Below are positions 50,201 to 64,000 of a stretch of 64,000 nt of DNA, in pieces; position 1 is the first letter of the stretch, and each line of letters starts with the position of its first letter. This stretch comes from Antedon mediterranea. Taxonomy: Eukaryota; Animalia; Echinodermata. The position numbers were made by a program, and so were the translations under genes. Location of the stretch: contig NC_092674.1 of the NCBI RefSeq assembly GCF_964355755.1, positions 28,458,001 to 28,522,000 on the forward strand, written 5' to 3'. The notes under the pieces were generated by a model. That model saw only the letters and a program-made list of their open reading frames with translations. It did no database searches and was not told the origin of the DNA.

Positions 50201-53200
50201 TAGATCAAATTATGAATTAATTTACATAAATTGAACAATAATGAATAATTCATTCAAATTTTTCGTATAATATTGCATTGATTATTTAACACACATCTAG
50301 ATATATATATACTATTATTAGTATTAAACCAATCAAAAATTTCATATGAATTCATATCTCAAAATACTGTATAAAAATACTATATTATATTATAATACAA
50401 AGTAATAATAAACAAACATTGAGTGTCATTTGTTCTCGAATATGAAAAAGAAATATTAATTATTTGTGTGGGTCCTTTAATAATATTCAGTCATCACTGA
50501 CAGATCGATAATTTCTAAATATGTATAGAAATATGAATTATGTATATGTGATAAGCACCATCTTAAGCCTCAAAACGGCTTGTTCAAATCCTATACAAAG
50601 TTCTTTCTACACTATCAAACTTTATGTGACAACAAAATGTGATGTGCCCATATATGGACATGACGATGTCATATCACTACCATATTTAGGCATATCACTA
50701 TCATATTTGGACACATCACACTTTTTTTGCCAAACTAGTTTGATAGTGTACACAGAGTTTAAGGAGGTAAACCCACTGTTTTACAAGGGATGCTGAAATA
50801 TAATTTGTACCTGAATGGCTCACTATTATGAACCCTTCGAAGACGTTCTTCTTCGTTTATTGGTATCCTTTTGTAGTAGAGTTCCCAATCAAACGCCCCG
50901 CGCATTGCGTCCCCTGCTTGCGTCTCGTAATGCCAGTCATCGTTCCCAATCACATCTATCATCGGGCACACTATTCGTTTTTTATTCAACGCAATACGTT
51001 CTAATAAAATTAGAAATATATTAAAAATAAATAAAATGTAGTGTAAAATGATTACTATAGTATAATACATCTATAAAATTACTTTTAAGTCTGTATAAAA
51101 AAAAATTTGTCTAACCTGGTAAAGTTTTAATAACTTTTTCTTACTTACCTAGTAATGGTGGCAACCAATTTACATTGACCTCACAGTGTGAATCGAGGAT
51201 TAGTATGACATCACCAGTTGCTGCCATGGCACCGGCTAGACGTGTACGAATCAACCCTTCGCGTTGTACGTTTCTTAAAATCTTGACCTTAGGAAAGCCG
51301 GTCATGTACTTGTCCAAAGGTCCTTTTAAAAATACTAATAAAATGAAAACAATTTTTATTTAATCAGAAAATATTCCTTTAAAAATTGAATATAAATTCT
51401 TATGATTAAAGGACAACTTGACCGAGGACCATATTTTTACAACGTATTAGGGATGTACATATGATTTCAGAACAATCGCGAGATTTAGGTTATCGCCGCA
51501 CACGCTCGCCGTACAGCCGTCAACGTAAATTGCAGTGACGTCACAGATGCATCGCAAAATCTACTTAATGAGTCCAGATAAGCAAAAGAAACAATTAAAA
51601 AAATCAACATTTATATTTTTTACAATTTATTTACAAAATGTGTTTACTAGAAATTTGACAGACTTTGCCAGAAAACTCATGACATGAATTTTGCGATGCA
51701 CCTGTAACGTCACAGCAATTTACGGCAACGACTGTACGGCGAGCGCGTGCGGCGATCCTTAATCCTGCGATGGTTCATATGTACATCCGTAATACGTTGT
51801 TAGAATATGGTCCTCGGTCAAGTTGTCCTTTAAATATAATACATAATTTATCCAACAAAAACAACAAAACAATTTTAAATTAAGGTACTGTACACACAAA
51901 TAGTAAATTATACTGCATTTTATCTCAAAATTTACTCCTTACTCAGAAATTAAAGCTAATGTAATATATTATATATTTGATAAAAGTTTGTAGCATTTAA
52001 TAAGCTTGATATAGTAAATAAATTCAAATAAAGGTAGATATTTTATTAAAGTCATTCTGTTCTATAAAATGAAAACTAAAATGTGTTTAATATATTCGAG
52101 ACAGATCTAAATCAATATGCTGAAATAAAAACTATATTGTAATTCTATATCTTGCTAAACAATAAATCATAATGTAGCTTTTATTAAAATCCTAGATAGC
52201 ACTTGAGAGACTAAAAGGCTCAAAAGACAATTATTTTGTGTATACAGTTGCAGTCATCCTTTTTAGCTTTTAATATGTCATAGTCTAGATTCATGTTGAT
52301 ATGTAATAACACAATCAGGGCTTGCCTTTAATCATTACTATTTCCACTGTTAGCTAGGGAAGGCTATGGAAGGGTGTAAAAAATGTGTGGTTGGTTGTGA
52401 AAAACATACTTTTCGGTACCTAGATGTTTTTGTTGGGTGGATGCTGTGTAGGAAGGCCTACAAAAGTACCTTATGGTTGGTAGGAGAGTGTGAAAGTAAG
52501 TGCCCAGTATACGTCTGTCCAGCACTAATGCATCCCGTACTGTACAGGGCTAGTTACCTGTTGACCTCACTAGATACTATATTAATTAAACACAACATGC
52601 TACCACCCACGTTGGCTAGTTTTAATCAATGCTTTAAACTCTAATCATGTTATGTGAAACTGAATACATGCATCGCCTCGATTTACTACTGCTTCTAAAT
52701 TAATTTTCAGGTAAACAAGACTAAGAAATATCTGTTTGATTAGTAATACCAAAACTAATCCAGCTAACCCTACAGTATCTCCTTTCTTCTTTGCTTAAAT
52801 AATTGGGCTAGTGAAAAATAAAAATCTAGTATCGTAATGAGTGAGTGAGTGGCCGAGCGGTTAAGACAGTGGAATCGTAATTACGTAGCCATAACATCGG
52901 CAGGCATTCGAGGCTCACTCACTCCATGGTTCTGGTGGTAGAACGAGTCTTCTCGGATAAGGACTATAAACCGTAGGTCCAGTGTACACATCTAGCTTGT
53001 GTGCACTTTAAAGAACCTAGTACATCTTTCGAGACGAGTAGGGGGTGACCCCGGTGTATTAGTACATCACAGCCACTAATCACCAACTGGGCCCTCTGGA
53101 AGACCAGTCTTTGACTGAAGAGGTTACCCAGTATAAATATATATTTCAATCAATCAACAAAAGATGTCTTTTTGTAATCTTAAGCTCTGTTTATACTATC

Positions 53201-56200
53201 AAACTAGTTTGACAAAAAAGTGTGATGTGCTCAAATATGGTAGTGATATGTTTAAAAATAATAGTGATATGCCCCAATATGGTATTGATATGACATCACC
53301 ATACTGTATGTCCATATGGGCACATCACAATTTGTTTCACTTAAGTGTGATAGTGTAGACAGAGCTTTAGGCTAGCACAATTATAAGTGGGCTACTAGTA
53401 TAATCTTCAGTTCATAGTGAACTAGTCAGAAAAAAATTTAAACTCCAGATTTTATTTTTTAAAATCTTATTTCATACCACAAAATATCATGCACTATAAT
53501 TATATATATTTTTTAGCTTAATTTATCCTATATTTGAATTTGATATCTTATTTATAATAATTAATTAAAAATATGTACAGTAATGTAGTTTTTACTACTT
53601 CTATAAAATCTATACTATATAGTTTTATCTTCATTGTATTATTCATCGGTTAATAATATTGATTAGTTCTTTTACAGCATAGCTTCTATGACAGCTGGTG
53701 TTAGCAATATACAGCAATGTACATTGTAACATTAATGTTAATAACAGTGTATTATTAGTTGTCATAAAACATTGAATACAAACATCTGGCATACACAATA
53801 CTACATTGTGTGCCTAAGCTCTGTCTACACTATCAAACTAAAAAAAAGTGTGGTGTGCATATTTTAGTGATATGCTTAAATATGGTAGTAATATGACATC
53901 ATCATGTCCATATATTTTTGTCATAAACTTTGATAGTGTAGACAGAGCTTTATGAAAAAATGCAGTTTTTATTTGTGGGTTTGTAATAGTACAGTAACTG
54001 TATTTTTTTAAACACACATTTATATAAACATTGAATTTTAGCATGGAAATCTCAACTCTCCCAATACCAGACTCCCTCAAAAACTGAAACCGACCAAAAA
54101 GACAGATGACTGTCCTCTTATTTCAAACACTATAAAAAAAATGGAAACCTGGGAAATGTATGTCTCTTAGGAAAATAATCAGTTTTGACAGACTTGACAG
54201 ACTACAGTAAATGGTATTATATGCATCGTATTGAAATAAACCACATCTTACATTTATAGCTATATTATTTTGAAAACTAGTAAGAGAAAATACATAAATA
54301 TAATACATAATTTTAGCACTAAACTATAGAATAACTCACGTTTATCACTAAAGTCATCGACCAATATTATCTCGTGCAGTAGCTGCGGAGGTGAACGATT
54401 CATGATACTGTGTACGGTACGCTTTAGTGTTGACATGGCCTCGTTGTGAAATGGAATTATAACGCTAGTTGTTGGCAGCTTGGATAAATATTTCAGCTCT
54501 TTACATCTGTTTGTGAAATAAAAATATAATATATTTAAATGATTTAATAATAATATAATAAAAAAACAGGCCTATGGTATTACCTGAAAAACATCTGTTT
54601 GTAAAATAAATGATATAAAATACAATAATAAATAATTAATACAATTACAATATGAGTATAAACACTACTTCCCAGTTTTCACCAAAATTCGTACCTACAG
54701 TAATCCCCGTGGGACTATATTTGGGTCAAATAAGGTACACATTGTATGCTGCATATAATAGACTACCCGAAACATGACACCCAGTATTAACTATTATTAG
54801 AATAATTAAGTTTGAAAAAAAAAAACTATTATAAATTAATTTGTATTATAAACTAAATTAATTATCTTAAAAAATAAAATGTAGTACAAAAGATAAGACA
54901 CATCTGCTGTCGGCTGCTTTTAGCAATTTGTAAGATTTCATTTGTTTAGCTAGATACCCACATCACTGAGAACACCTGTGAGTTATGTACTGGCTGGTCT
55001 ATGCACCTTAAATTGCTGGTAAACGGAAGCAGCCACGTGGGTTTGATTGGTCTTGTTTATTTTTTCGGTTTTTGTCAAATTTATCAATTGTTTTTAGGTT
55101 TAAGGTTTATATGTTTCCTGGTTTTTCACAAGCGCCTTGAGCACTTTAGTGGATATGTGCGCTGTATAAATCTTATTATTATTATTATTATTAATAATCC
55201 AGTATCAATGGCAAACAATAGCCATGGCCTAAATATTGCGAACTTGCTAAAAACATGTACTGTACAACCTAAATCTTGAGGTCAATCTAAAGACTTGCTT
55301 GAGGTCAATGTAAGGTCAACATGAAGCACAAAGTTCTGTCTACACTACAGTATAAAACAAAAAATGTGATGTGCCCATATATGGATACGATGATATCATA
55401 TCACTACCATATTTGGGTACATCACTCTTTTTTGTCAAACTACATTTTGTAGTGTAGACAGAGAATACACAAAATGTATTTATTTGTGGGAAAATTACTA
55501 AAGTCTAGGGTACGTTAGATGACTAATATATAACTTGTGTTTATTTACTTTATCTGCTTCTTAAAGGAAGGAAATGGTTGACAGTTGACTGAAATACCTA
55601 ATTTCATAATAAATATACTATCTAAATGGACATTGGTTGATAATTATATGTTATGGGATATTGATTAATTTTTGTTAACACCTTGTCAATAATAACCTTG
55701 TATTAATTGGTAATGATGAATGAATGAACTTACGCTGTTAAGGATAATAAAATACAATGATTATAAAAGGTCCGCGGCAGTCAGTACATAGAAACCACGT
55801 CTGTTGATTCATTTCAATCTATTACAAAAGGTCAGATCCCACTAGGACGCAACACACGTAAGTGAAACGCAAGCAAGTTCACCAATGGAAAGTGATAGTT
55901 CAAATAATCCATCGCTTCTGATATTGGTCAAATTACTTGCGTTGTGCTTACGTCCTTGTGTTGCATCCTAGTGGGAACTATATATTGAATATTAATTGTA
56001 AAATTGTAATTGAAATTTGTATGACATAGGTTATTGTATAATAAAAATACCTAAAAGGAGAAATTTCTTATCATGAAACAATGTTGTTTAATAAAATGTG
56101 CAATCTGTATAAACTAGTTTTAACCTTATTAATCATTGTTTTTTTGTTATATATTGTTTTGCTTCATCCTCAAAAAACATTTTTTTTAAATAAAATAAAC

Positions 56201-59200
56201 AAACATACAATTGTTCACAATCACCACCAATACATCACTTTTAACTTCATATAACTACTGAAAACTTGCCAAGTTTGTAGTTATTTTTTCTGTTAGTCTG
56301 TCGGCCAACATTTTGGTTTTTGTCTGAGCTTAATTATTATTATACATGAAACGCCATGTGTGCCAAAATATTTATCTATTCTAATACCAATATTAAGTTA
56401 AAATTCAGTCTAGAACCTACTGTAGACAACTTCATAACATGTGCAATAATTTTGTGCACATCTGTCATAATCCATCCACTAATATTCATACATCATTCAC
56501 GTTGAATGAGTGACTAACGCTTTTATTTATTGGCAACTGTAATCGGGCACACTAATCTTCAGCTGACAAACTGGTTTCCAGAATTAATGGGAGTCTTAAC
56601 CCTAATAGCCGTAATTAATGTCATTAAATTAATAGCCGTTATTGAAAATTAACTGTTATGTTATGATCTGATGCTAATACATTCTAAGTTATACTGATAT
56701 TTTATAATTTACCAGTAACTAGTAACGCTTTGAGTAAATAGATAAATCGGCAATTTATTGAAAATTAACTGTATGATCTGATGCTAATTACATTATACTG
56801 TAAGTTATAATGATATTTTATAATTTTAATGGTTTGAGTAATTATACATAACTCAGCAAAATGTAGTTGACCAGTTGACCAGACCAGTCTTTCTACATTT
56901 GATAAATAATTCCCAAAAAATGAGCCTTGGGCATGTACTGTATGTATCTTTTTATATGCATGTTGTGGTAAGAATACAATAAATTCTAGAGCATAGGATT
57001 TAGGAAGAAATGGAATGGTCCAACAAAAGGTAACTACCTGGGATCCCTGATATCAGGAATGGCACGGTCCAATGACACCATATCGCTGACACGGAGGTTG
57101 AATCCATTAGCAGAAAAGTCTTGATGTTCTGTCTTCTTCATTTCTGCGTTCAATTTAATTGGAATCCCATGTTCACCTGGTCCTAAATTCAAATAAGATA
57201 CCGCATATTAATTAGTAAGAACACCAACATTTGCTTTGTCAAGGATTATTGTCATAAACAGTGTAGACATGATGATGTCATACAGTAGCACTATCATATT
57301 TGTATATATCACTACCATATTTATACATATCACTACCATATTTGGGCATTTCACTACCATATTTAACTGTGCCCATGAAACCAATCTACCTAGACTATTG
57401 AACCTGATTTTTTTTTAATGTACAACATTATAACCCAAAAAATATGCATCATTTAGGGACCCTGTCAAAATTATTCTACTGCAGTTTACTGCAGTAACTA
57501 ATATTTTGTGTATATCATACACATTGGTTATTATAGTGACTGAGGTAGTTACTGCAGTATATAATGATTTTGACATGGTGAAAGTTTTTCCTTTGAAATT
57601 TAAAATTTTTTAAATATCAGACAAACACTTATTTTGATAAAAGAGAAGTCATTCATCAAATATAGTAAAAAACAAAGTGCTAAAGCTAATAGATAAAACA
57701 CATTAAAGATTTTTTTTTTCTGAAACATTCAATTCCGAGCCAAATGGGCTGCTTTCACGATAGTCTGTATCTCTTTAATATCTGAATGTGACTTCTGTGA
57801 TAATGTTTTTATCAGGCAGAAAGTTGGAACATTTTTTTAAATAAATGTTTGAAAGAATGAAGGATTATGCTCTGTCTACACTACACTTTCAAATATTATG
57901 TGACAAAAATGTGACGTGCCCATAGATGCCCATGATGATGTCACATCACTACTATATTTGGGCATATTACTACCAACCATTATTTTGGCACATCACACTA
58001 TTTTTTTCAAACTAGTTTGATAGTGTAGACAAGGCTTAAGTCATTGTTAATATTAGATTCTATATCGTTTTCTCAAACTGTTAATGTTATTCATTCAGCT
58101 AGTCTTCTTTGTACTAAAAGAATAGGTATTTTATGGAAAGTCATTGTAGAGTCAACAAGTACACTAACCACTCTCAGCTTCAAAAGGAACACTCCATTAT
58201 ATAGTCCTTTTAATATGTATTCTGTTACTATTATATTACCATTAATTTCTTCCCCTATTAATTCAAGCGGAATTATAAAAATTTTACTAACAATTCAAAT
58301 GATATATCCCATTCAAGGCTTGTGCTATTATTAACCTATTAAGTATTATACTTAGAATATAACTACTTTATTTAAAATTGAACTTTTTTTTCAAAGAGGA
58401 AACATAACATTTGTTACGTAGAGGACATAACATACTGTATGAATTCCTCAACTAAGGACTGAACAATAATATATTGACATAAATGTTTTCATTTATGTCC
58501 TATACCACTCCACTCTGATAATTACAGTATATACTCATTAGTACAGCATTTATTAATACAGTACTCAAGTCTAGATCAAATAATATTAATTATGATTTAA
58601 AAAAATTAACAATCAAACAAGAAATATTATGCTTTATTGTGCCAGTGGGTGGCATAATAAATATTGATGATGGATTTTTCACTAAATTTCTGCTAAACAA
58701 TAACATAATTGAACAGAGTTAAATATAGTTTTGTTTGTACTTTGTACTCAATATTGTATCAATAATATTGACTGTTTTATATGGACCTGAATCAAACACT
58801 TGTTTGGGCATGAAAAAAGTTTGCTTTAATGTTCGATTATAGACAAAGCCATAAGAATACTATACTGTATACTAAAAAATAATTTAATGTCACTTGTCAT
58901 GTCAGTAAATAATTTTTATTCTGTACTGACATGTGGCCGTATTTACCAATCACAAAGTGAGATATTTCCATTAAATCCTAAGAATTACCCTTAAATCAAG
59001 AAAAAATTAAGGGTTTCACTTAAGTGGTATTCACAAAGGTCATTATAAACCCATGGGTTCTGTAAGAGATTGGTACTTTAGTATAAAATCTCTGTCTACT
59101 GTACACTATCAAACTAGTTTTTTACAAAAAAAGTATGATGTGCCCAAATATGGTAGTGATATGACGTCATCATGTCCATATATGGGCACATCACATTTTG

Positions 59201-61798
59201 TATTTCAATCAAGTTAGATCAATATATAGATCTAATAACTATATTAATTATGGTCAAATATCAAATTTAAAAACATCTTTATCATTCTAAATAAACTTCT
59301 TACAGTAGGTCATTTGACTTTGAAATTGACTTTCTCAACTTCCTTTTTTAAAAACAAATTGATCTCCTTGCCATTTAAAGATCTATTGTGACAGTACCGA
59401 TGGATAAACATCTACTGTAGTACTGTACAGTGTCAGCGTAACTTGGTACCAGATAGTGACCTACTAACCAATTGAAGGTCAACTTTCATCATTAAAACAA
59501 TATAGTGAAATTTACATAGAGAAGCTATCAAAAATACATTATAAGAATTATTGATTTTATATTTCCAAATGCATTGTGTGTGTAAATTATGAAGAGATTA
59601 ATAAAAGTGGATGATACCAACAAAAGAAGAATAAAATACAGTAAAAATTTTAAATTATTAGGATCTGATTTGATGTGCCCATAAATGGACATGATGATGT
59701 CATATCACTGTCATATTTGGGCACATCACACTTTTTTTGTCAAACTAGTTTGATAGTGTAGACAGAGCTTTAAGCAACAACTTTATTTTATTTAGTCATT
59801 TAATTAAGATCCTCATCCCTACAGGCAATAAGCAAGATATACTGTACATCACACAACAATGGTACATAAACAATATTCAATATCTCTCTGAGTGATAGAT
59901 AATTAATTTGATCTACTTTTTCACGCTGCTGCTCTAGCCCGCTACGTCCCATTAGGACTACTCAATCAGAAGCTATAAGCAAGCAGCAGTTATAGTTCTA
60001 AGGGCGACAGTTTTGCGAAAATGGAAACTCCACTATAATTTATAGATTTCCAGCTGCTACTGTAGACCCAAAAAACGTCTGGGAAAAGAGTCTATTAGGA
60101 CATGTCATGCTAAAATTACAAATCCCAAAGCATTTCTGGTATTTATGACTTTTGACTGTAATTTACTGTCAGATATTCATTGAATTATTATCGAAACAGT
60201 CCATTAAAGTTTGTGTTTGTAATAGGATACTTCACACTTGAAATATCTAGGGTGATGAAGTGACCCCCAGACTTGACCTTAGCAATAAAATTAACTAAAG
60301 TGACAGAAATTGAGTATTCACTTCTGTAACAAAAAAATAATATTTATTCAGGTATAAAAAGAGAAAATAAACCCAAAAACCATTGTCTGACAGACAATTT
60401 AAGTATTTGTTGCTTTAAATGACATTTTTTTTTCAGGTAAAATAACTATTATGTGACAATAAAATGACACATTCAAAAACATTTGAAATAAAAAATATTT
60501 TTCAATAAGCAAGCAGCGTTTTTTGTAAGAAATATTTCTTGTTTATACTAACTAATCATAAACCTACTACTGTATCTAATATAAATGTCAAATTATGTTA
60601 GGAACGTCCAATTTTAATAATCTTGAATTTCTATTCAACCTTGTTTTCATCCTTTTCTATTTTTAACAATAGGCCACGCTTTCAACGTATTCTATTAATA
60701 GCATCACACTGTCTACAATTCTCGTTATCTGAATTGGTTTCCAACAACCAATAATAGTTCTTGTATTAGTACAGCGGTTTTGAATAAACTTTTTCAATCA
60801 TTGGTTGGTTAGCAACTAATGATTTTAAATACCACAGAGATTGCTTCTCACGCAAAAATTATTATGATTTAGTATAGAAACTAAGTATAGCATTTTAATT
60901 TTGGAAATATTTTAAGTTTGTGAATCAAAATACTTTGTAAAAATGCTATTTAACTTTGAGAAATCATTCCTACATATAAATAAAGACAATTTTCCATAAT
61001 TAAATCAACGCCGTGGATAAGGATAATCAAAGTCTTTTTAATGGAACATTTTTTGTAGTTTTAACTACAGTACACAAAGTAGTAAACAGTTACTACTTTA
61101 TGTAATACAGTGCATTATAGTATATTTACCTTCTCTATGTTTATCAGCTTCTATCTGTGTGTAATTATGCCAATCAATTCTTATATTATCTCCATAGTTT
61201 AATACTTTTATATTTCTATCACTGGTTCTTATATGCTCCTGTTAAAAAAAACAGTAAAAAATCTAAATAATCTAGTATTAATAACCAAAAAGTTTATGAT
61301 AAATAAAATGGACATAGGGAGTTAGTGCTTTTATACAAATTTTACAAGTTTGCCGTTGAAAAATACGGGGACCACATTCGATCTCCTAAACTAAGTTCCT
61401 CATCTCAGCATCTTCGTCAGTGCACATATTTAGTAGGGATAGGATATACAGTTTACAACAATATTACTCTAACAGTAACAACATTTAAAAAATGTTTGAA
61501 AAAATAATTTCCGTTTATACTCAATTAGTAAAATTATTAAGATAGTGAGATTAAACATCAGAGTAACGCCAGCTGACGCATTATATTATTACGATTGTTC
61601 ACATTAGTGTTACTTTACCTTCGGATCTTTGATGACATCATCCACGATATTTGCTGCTTCGCGTACATTGAATACGTTGTCAGCAGACTTTTCCTTTTCT
61701 TCAGAGTTGAAACCAACTTTGAGCAAGAATGGACCAATCATAAGTAAGAGCACCGCCATCCCAGCATACTTTACAATGCATTTAGGACGGAAACGCAT
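44253..61798 (-). CDS. GALNT10: Polypeptide N-acetylgalactosaminyltransferase, GALNT10/GALNTL6 subfamily-like, 624 aa
   Basis: Exons 61798-61619 (type II TM anchor), 61238-61130, 57182-57038, 54506-54340, 51334-51149, 51000-50811, 49707-49587, 48195-48085, 46451-46230, 45996-45889, 45337-45188, 44438-44253. Total 1875 nt. Motifs: [34 protein letters not shown] (DxH), [29 protein letters not shown], ricin-type [11 protein letters not shown] 5' UTR exon donor lies at 62428. The subfamily call rests on motifs only. Confidence 0.93.
44815..45042 (+). mobile_element. tRNA-derived SINE
   Basis: TGGCGGTTA..GGGTTCAAGTCC head; body ends TTATCCTTGGCAATTT. A second copy lies at 46706-46921. Confidence 0.7.
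46706..46921 (+). mobile_element. tRNA-derived SINE, second copy
   Basis: Aligns to 44815-45042. Confidence 0.7.
47789..47920 (-). mobile_element. LINE (L2/CR1-like) 3' tail remnant
   Basis: Stem-loop, AATAAA and (TTGAA)n tail on the minus strand. Similar tails occur at ~5340-5425, ~9870-10032, ~21680-21752 and ~48900-48980. Confidence 0.45.
51410..51829. mobile_element. 420-bp palindromic MITE with TTAA TSD (Kolobok/T2-like)
   Basis: TTAA|AGGACAACTTGACCGAGGACCATATT...ATATGGTCCTCGGTCAAGTTGTCCT|TTAA. The arms pair for ~150 bp. Confidence 0.9.
52839..53157 (+). mobile_element. tRNA-headed SINE with Deu/Nin-like central domain
   Basis: Head GAGTGAGTGAGTGGCCGAGCGGTTAAG...TTCGAGGCTCACTCACTC. 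Core TCGGATAAGGACTATAAACCGTAGGTCC...TTAAAGAACC...GAGTAGGGGGTGACCCCGGTGT. Tail (ATCA)n. Confidence 0.75.
53183..53366. mobile_element. MITE type C with perfect TTA TSD
   Basis: TTA|AGCTCTGTTTATACTATCAAAC...GATAGTGTAGACAGAGCT|TTA. Confidence 0.88.
53817..53949. mobile_element. MITE type C, short
   Basis: Intact TIRs at both ends. Confidence 0.85.
55835..55979. mobile_element. Diverged MITE type B
   Basis: TCCCACTAGGACGCAACAC...GTGTTGCATCCTAGTGGGAA. Confidence 0.75.
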
Positions 61799-64000
61799 TT
61801 CTATAATTGGTAGTTGTTGGTCTTCTGTAAAAAAAATTGTAAAACAATGTTTATTTAATATATAGCAACTGTTATTAGCATTATAGACAGTAAGTTGTTT
61901 AAATAGACCCCTATTATGCTTAAATTTTATAATTAATTTAAAAAAAGAGTCTGCTAATTATATTTTCGGATCCAAAATATAGGTACAGTAGCCTCTACCC
62001 TTTCAAAATATAAAGTTGGTAGTAAATACCGGAATGGTGTCCGGCGGGGGATAGTTTATTACCATTAGTTAAGGTCCTATGTAAAGCACCTATAGGGGTC
62101 AGTGATCCATTAGGCGCTATATAAATACTGTTTATTATTATTATTACTACTAGCCTAGCTAGGCTAGCTTGACTATTGGGATACTATGTTGGTCCTGACC
62201 TCCCTGTCTGGATTGGGATGGAATCATCAATAACATTAAAATTAGCTTATCTCTACTAGAGTACTAGGCCTATCCTAGTAGTAGTAGATTGTATAAATAA
62301 TAGGCCTAATTTATCCTACCTCACCTGTACCACTGTCTGTAGACTAGGCCTACCCTAGACTCTATTTAACCTCATTACAAAAAAAAATCTATTTATGAGT
62401 ATACGTGGTATTTCCGGTATATTCTTACCTGAAACAATGAACTAGATTTGCATGGTAGGTAGGCCTACGAGAACAGTCCAATTGCTCCTACGGGTACACA
62501 CCGTGCTAAAAAAAACAAGACCGGTGAAGTAGGAAGTAAATGCACCAGAGTGTGTCCGCCTAGCCTAGCCCAGCTAGGACAGAGCTGGGAGTTTATCGAG
62601 GAACAAAACAACGTAAAAAGGAGCATGAACAAATCAACTAATATCTCACGTCATTGTAGCTCACAACGAATGATGAACTGTTGTTTAATGTAATTAAGTT
62701 ATCGGTCAATATGAAATAATTACCATAACAAAAGTTTATCCCATGTGCTTCTGTTGATATAGTGAGAGCAGCAGCAGCAGTCAACAGAGCTGCAATTCTT
62801 CTCGCCAAGAGTCAAAAGTATTTTTGGATATAGAGGGCGCTAAAGGATTCATAACTTTTATCAAAAGTTACAAGTATTACATTTTTTTATGGTAAATATA
62901 CTGTAGTCTTGATTTGATAGGACGGTATAATACTTCAGAGGTGGAAGGATCAGTCCCCCGACTCACTCTCTCAAATCTTGAAAGATTCAATGCAAAAAAT
63001 AGAACGTTAGTTTAAGTTCAGCATTCAATTTTACCCGAAACAAATTTAAGCACAAAGTAAAACACCGATTAAGTATGTCTTAACAGTTTTTAATAAATAA
63101 AGAAAAGGCAAATAAAATCTGGTCAGATATGAACCGTAACAATTTAGCAAGGTATAAAATTAACGTTTATAAAATTGATATTTAGGTAAAGTAAAATATA
63201 AATATTTTTCTGATTGCCTGAAAGAGATAAAAAGAGTTATAAAACAAAAGAACTCTGTGCTAAATTATACACACGTAGATTGAAGATTGAACACTGGGCA
63301 TAGTGCATCAGGTTTACTTACTTGATGCACTAACTGTACTGTAAAATTGTATAAAATAGAGAAAAATTATTTTTGTTTTCTTCTTTCCTTACTATTATAT
63401 ATATGGTAGGAGTGAGATATAAGAGGTATTTATTGAAAGTTATTTAATGTCAGTTGTATTTGTATTGTAATATTATATTAATCAAGTGCAATGCATTGTT
63501 GTAAACGAACATTTTATTGATGAAGAAAAAAAGTGGGTCGAATCCTACAAGTATGTCTTAACATGGAATTTTAACCATCGTCGAGTGTATAATAAGCCTT
63601 CTTTCTTTACACAGTTTTAACCATGAAGGTACAGTATATCTAATTTTGCACCTCCATGGTTTTAACCATAGAGATATTCTCTATGTTTTTCAACATCGGC
63701 GGCTAGAGGGGTACAATATATAATCTTTCATTCAATTTATTAAATAAAAGCCTTTAGAACACAAACCTTAAACCGAGCATTATAGTATGACATGCTACCC
63801 ACTTAATTTTTAACTATTTTTTAGTCTCGTGGCAACTGTGGAAATCTCGGTGGCTAGACAAGAATAATTTGTTCCTAGTTACGTAATAGCGCGACAATAA
63901 TCTTTCATCTGTCAGAAATCTTTTATGAATGTTATTTCGCGCTAAGCACAGGCTTATTCGAAGACGATCCCCAATCCCATCACCATTGACCTCACAGAGA

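Overview
AT-rich, intron-rich animal genomic DNA. It is most likely a marine invertebrate; the Deu-type SINE and GRL101 receptor fit a non-vertebrate deuterostome such as an echinoderm, but that is inference. I spliced three multi-exon genes by hand, all on the minus strand, with consistent GT-AG junctions and phases. (1) A GRL101-like leucine-rich-repeat GPCR (~3473-20011, at least 22 exons) with a mosaic ectodomain: signal peptide, degenerate F5/8-C, 2 CUB, C-type lectin, 7 LDLa-type modules, LRRNT plus 4 LRR, then 7TM. (2) An N4BP2/NONU-1/Cue2-type gene (28087-39437, 14 coding exons, 1638 aa) with CUE, P-loop kinase, DUF1771 and Smr domains and a PAM2 motif. (3) A GALNT10-like polypeptide GalNAc-transferase (44253-61798, 12 coding exons, 624 aa). 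The left end (349-1478) is a close copy of the GRL101 upstream region (20054-22306), which predicts a tandem GRL101 paralogue just outside the window. Introns and intergenic DNA are packed with MITEs (two Harbinger-like families with nearly non-overlapping distributions), a foldback element, SINEs, LINE tails, minisatellites and two Penelope-type hammerhead relics. No CRISPR array, rRNA or intact tRNA gene is supported.
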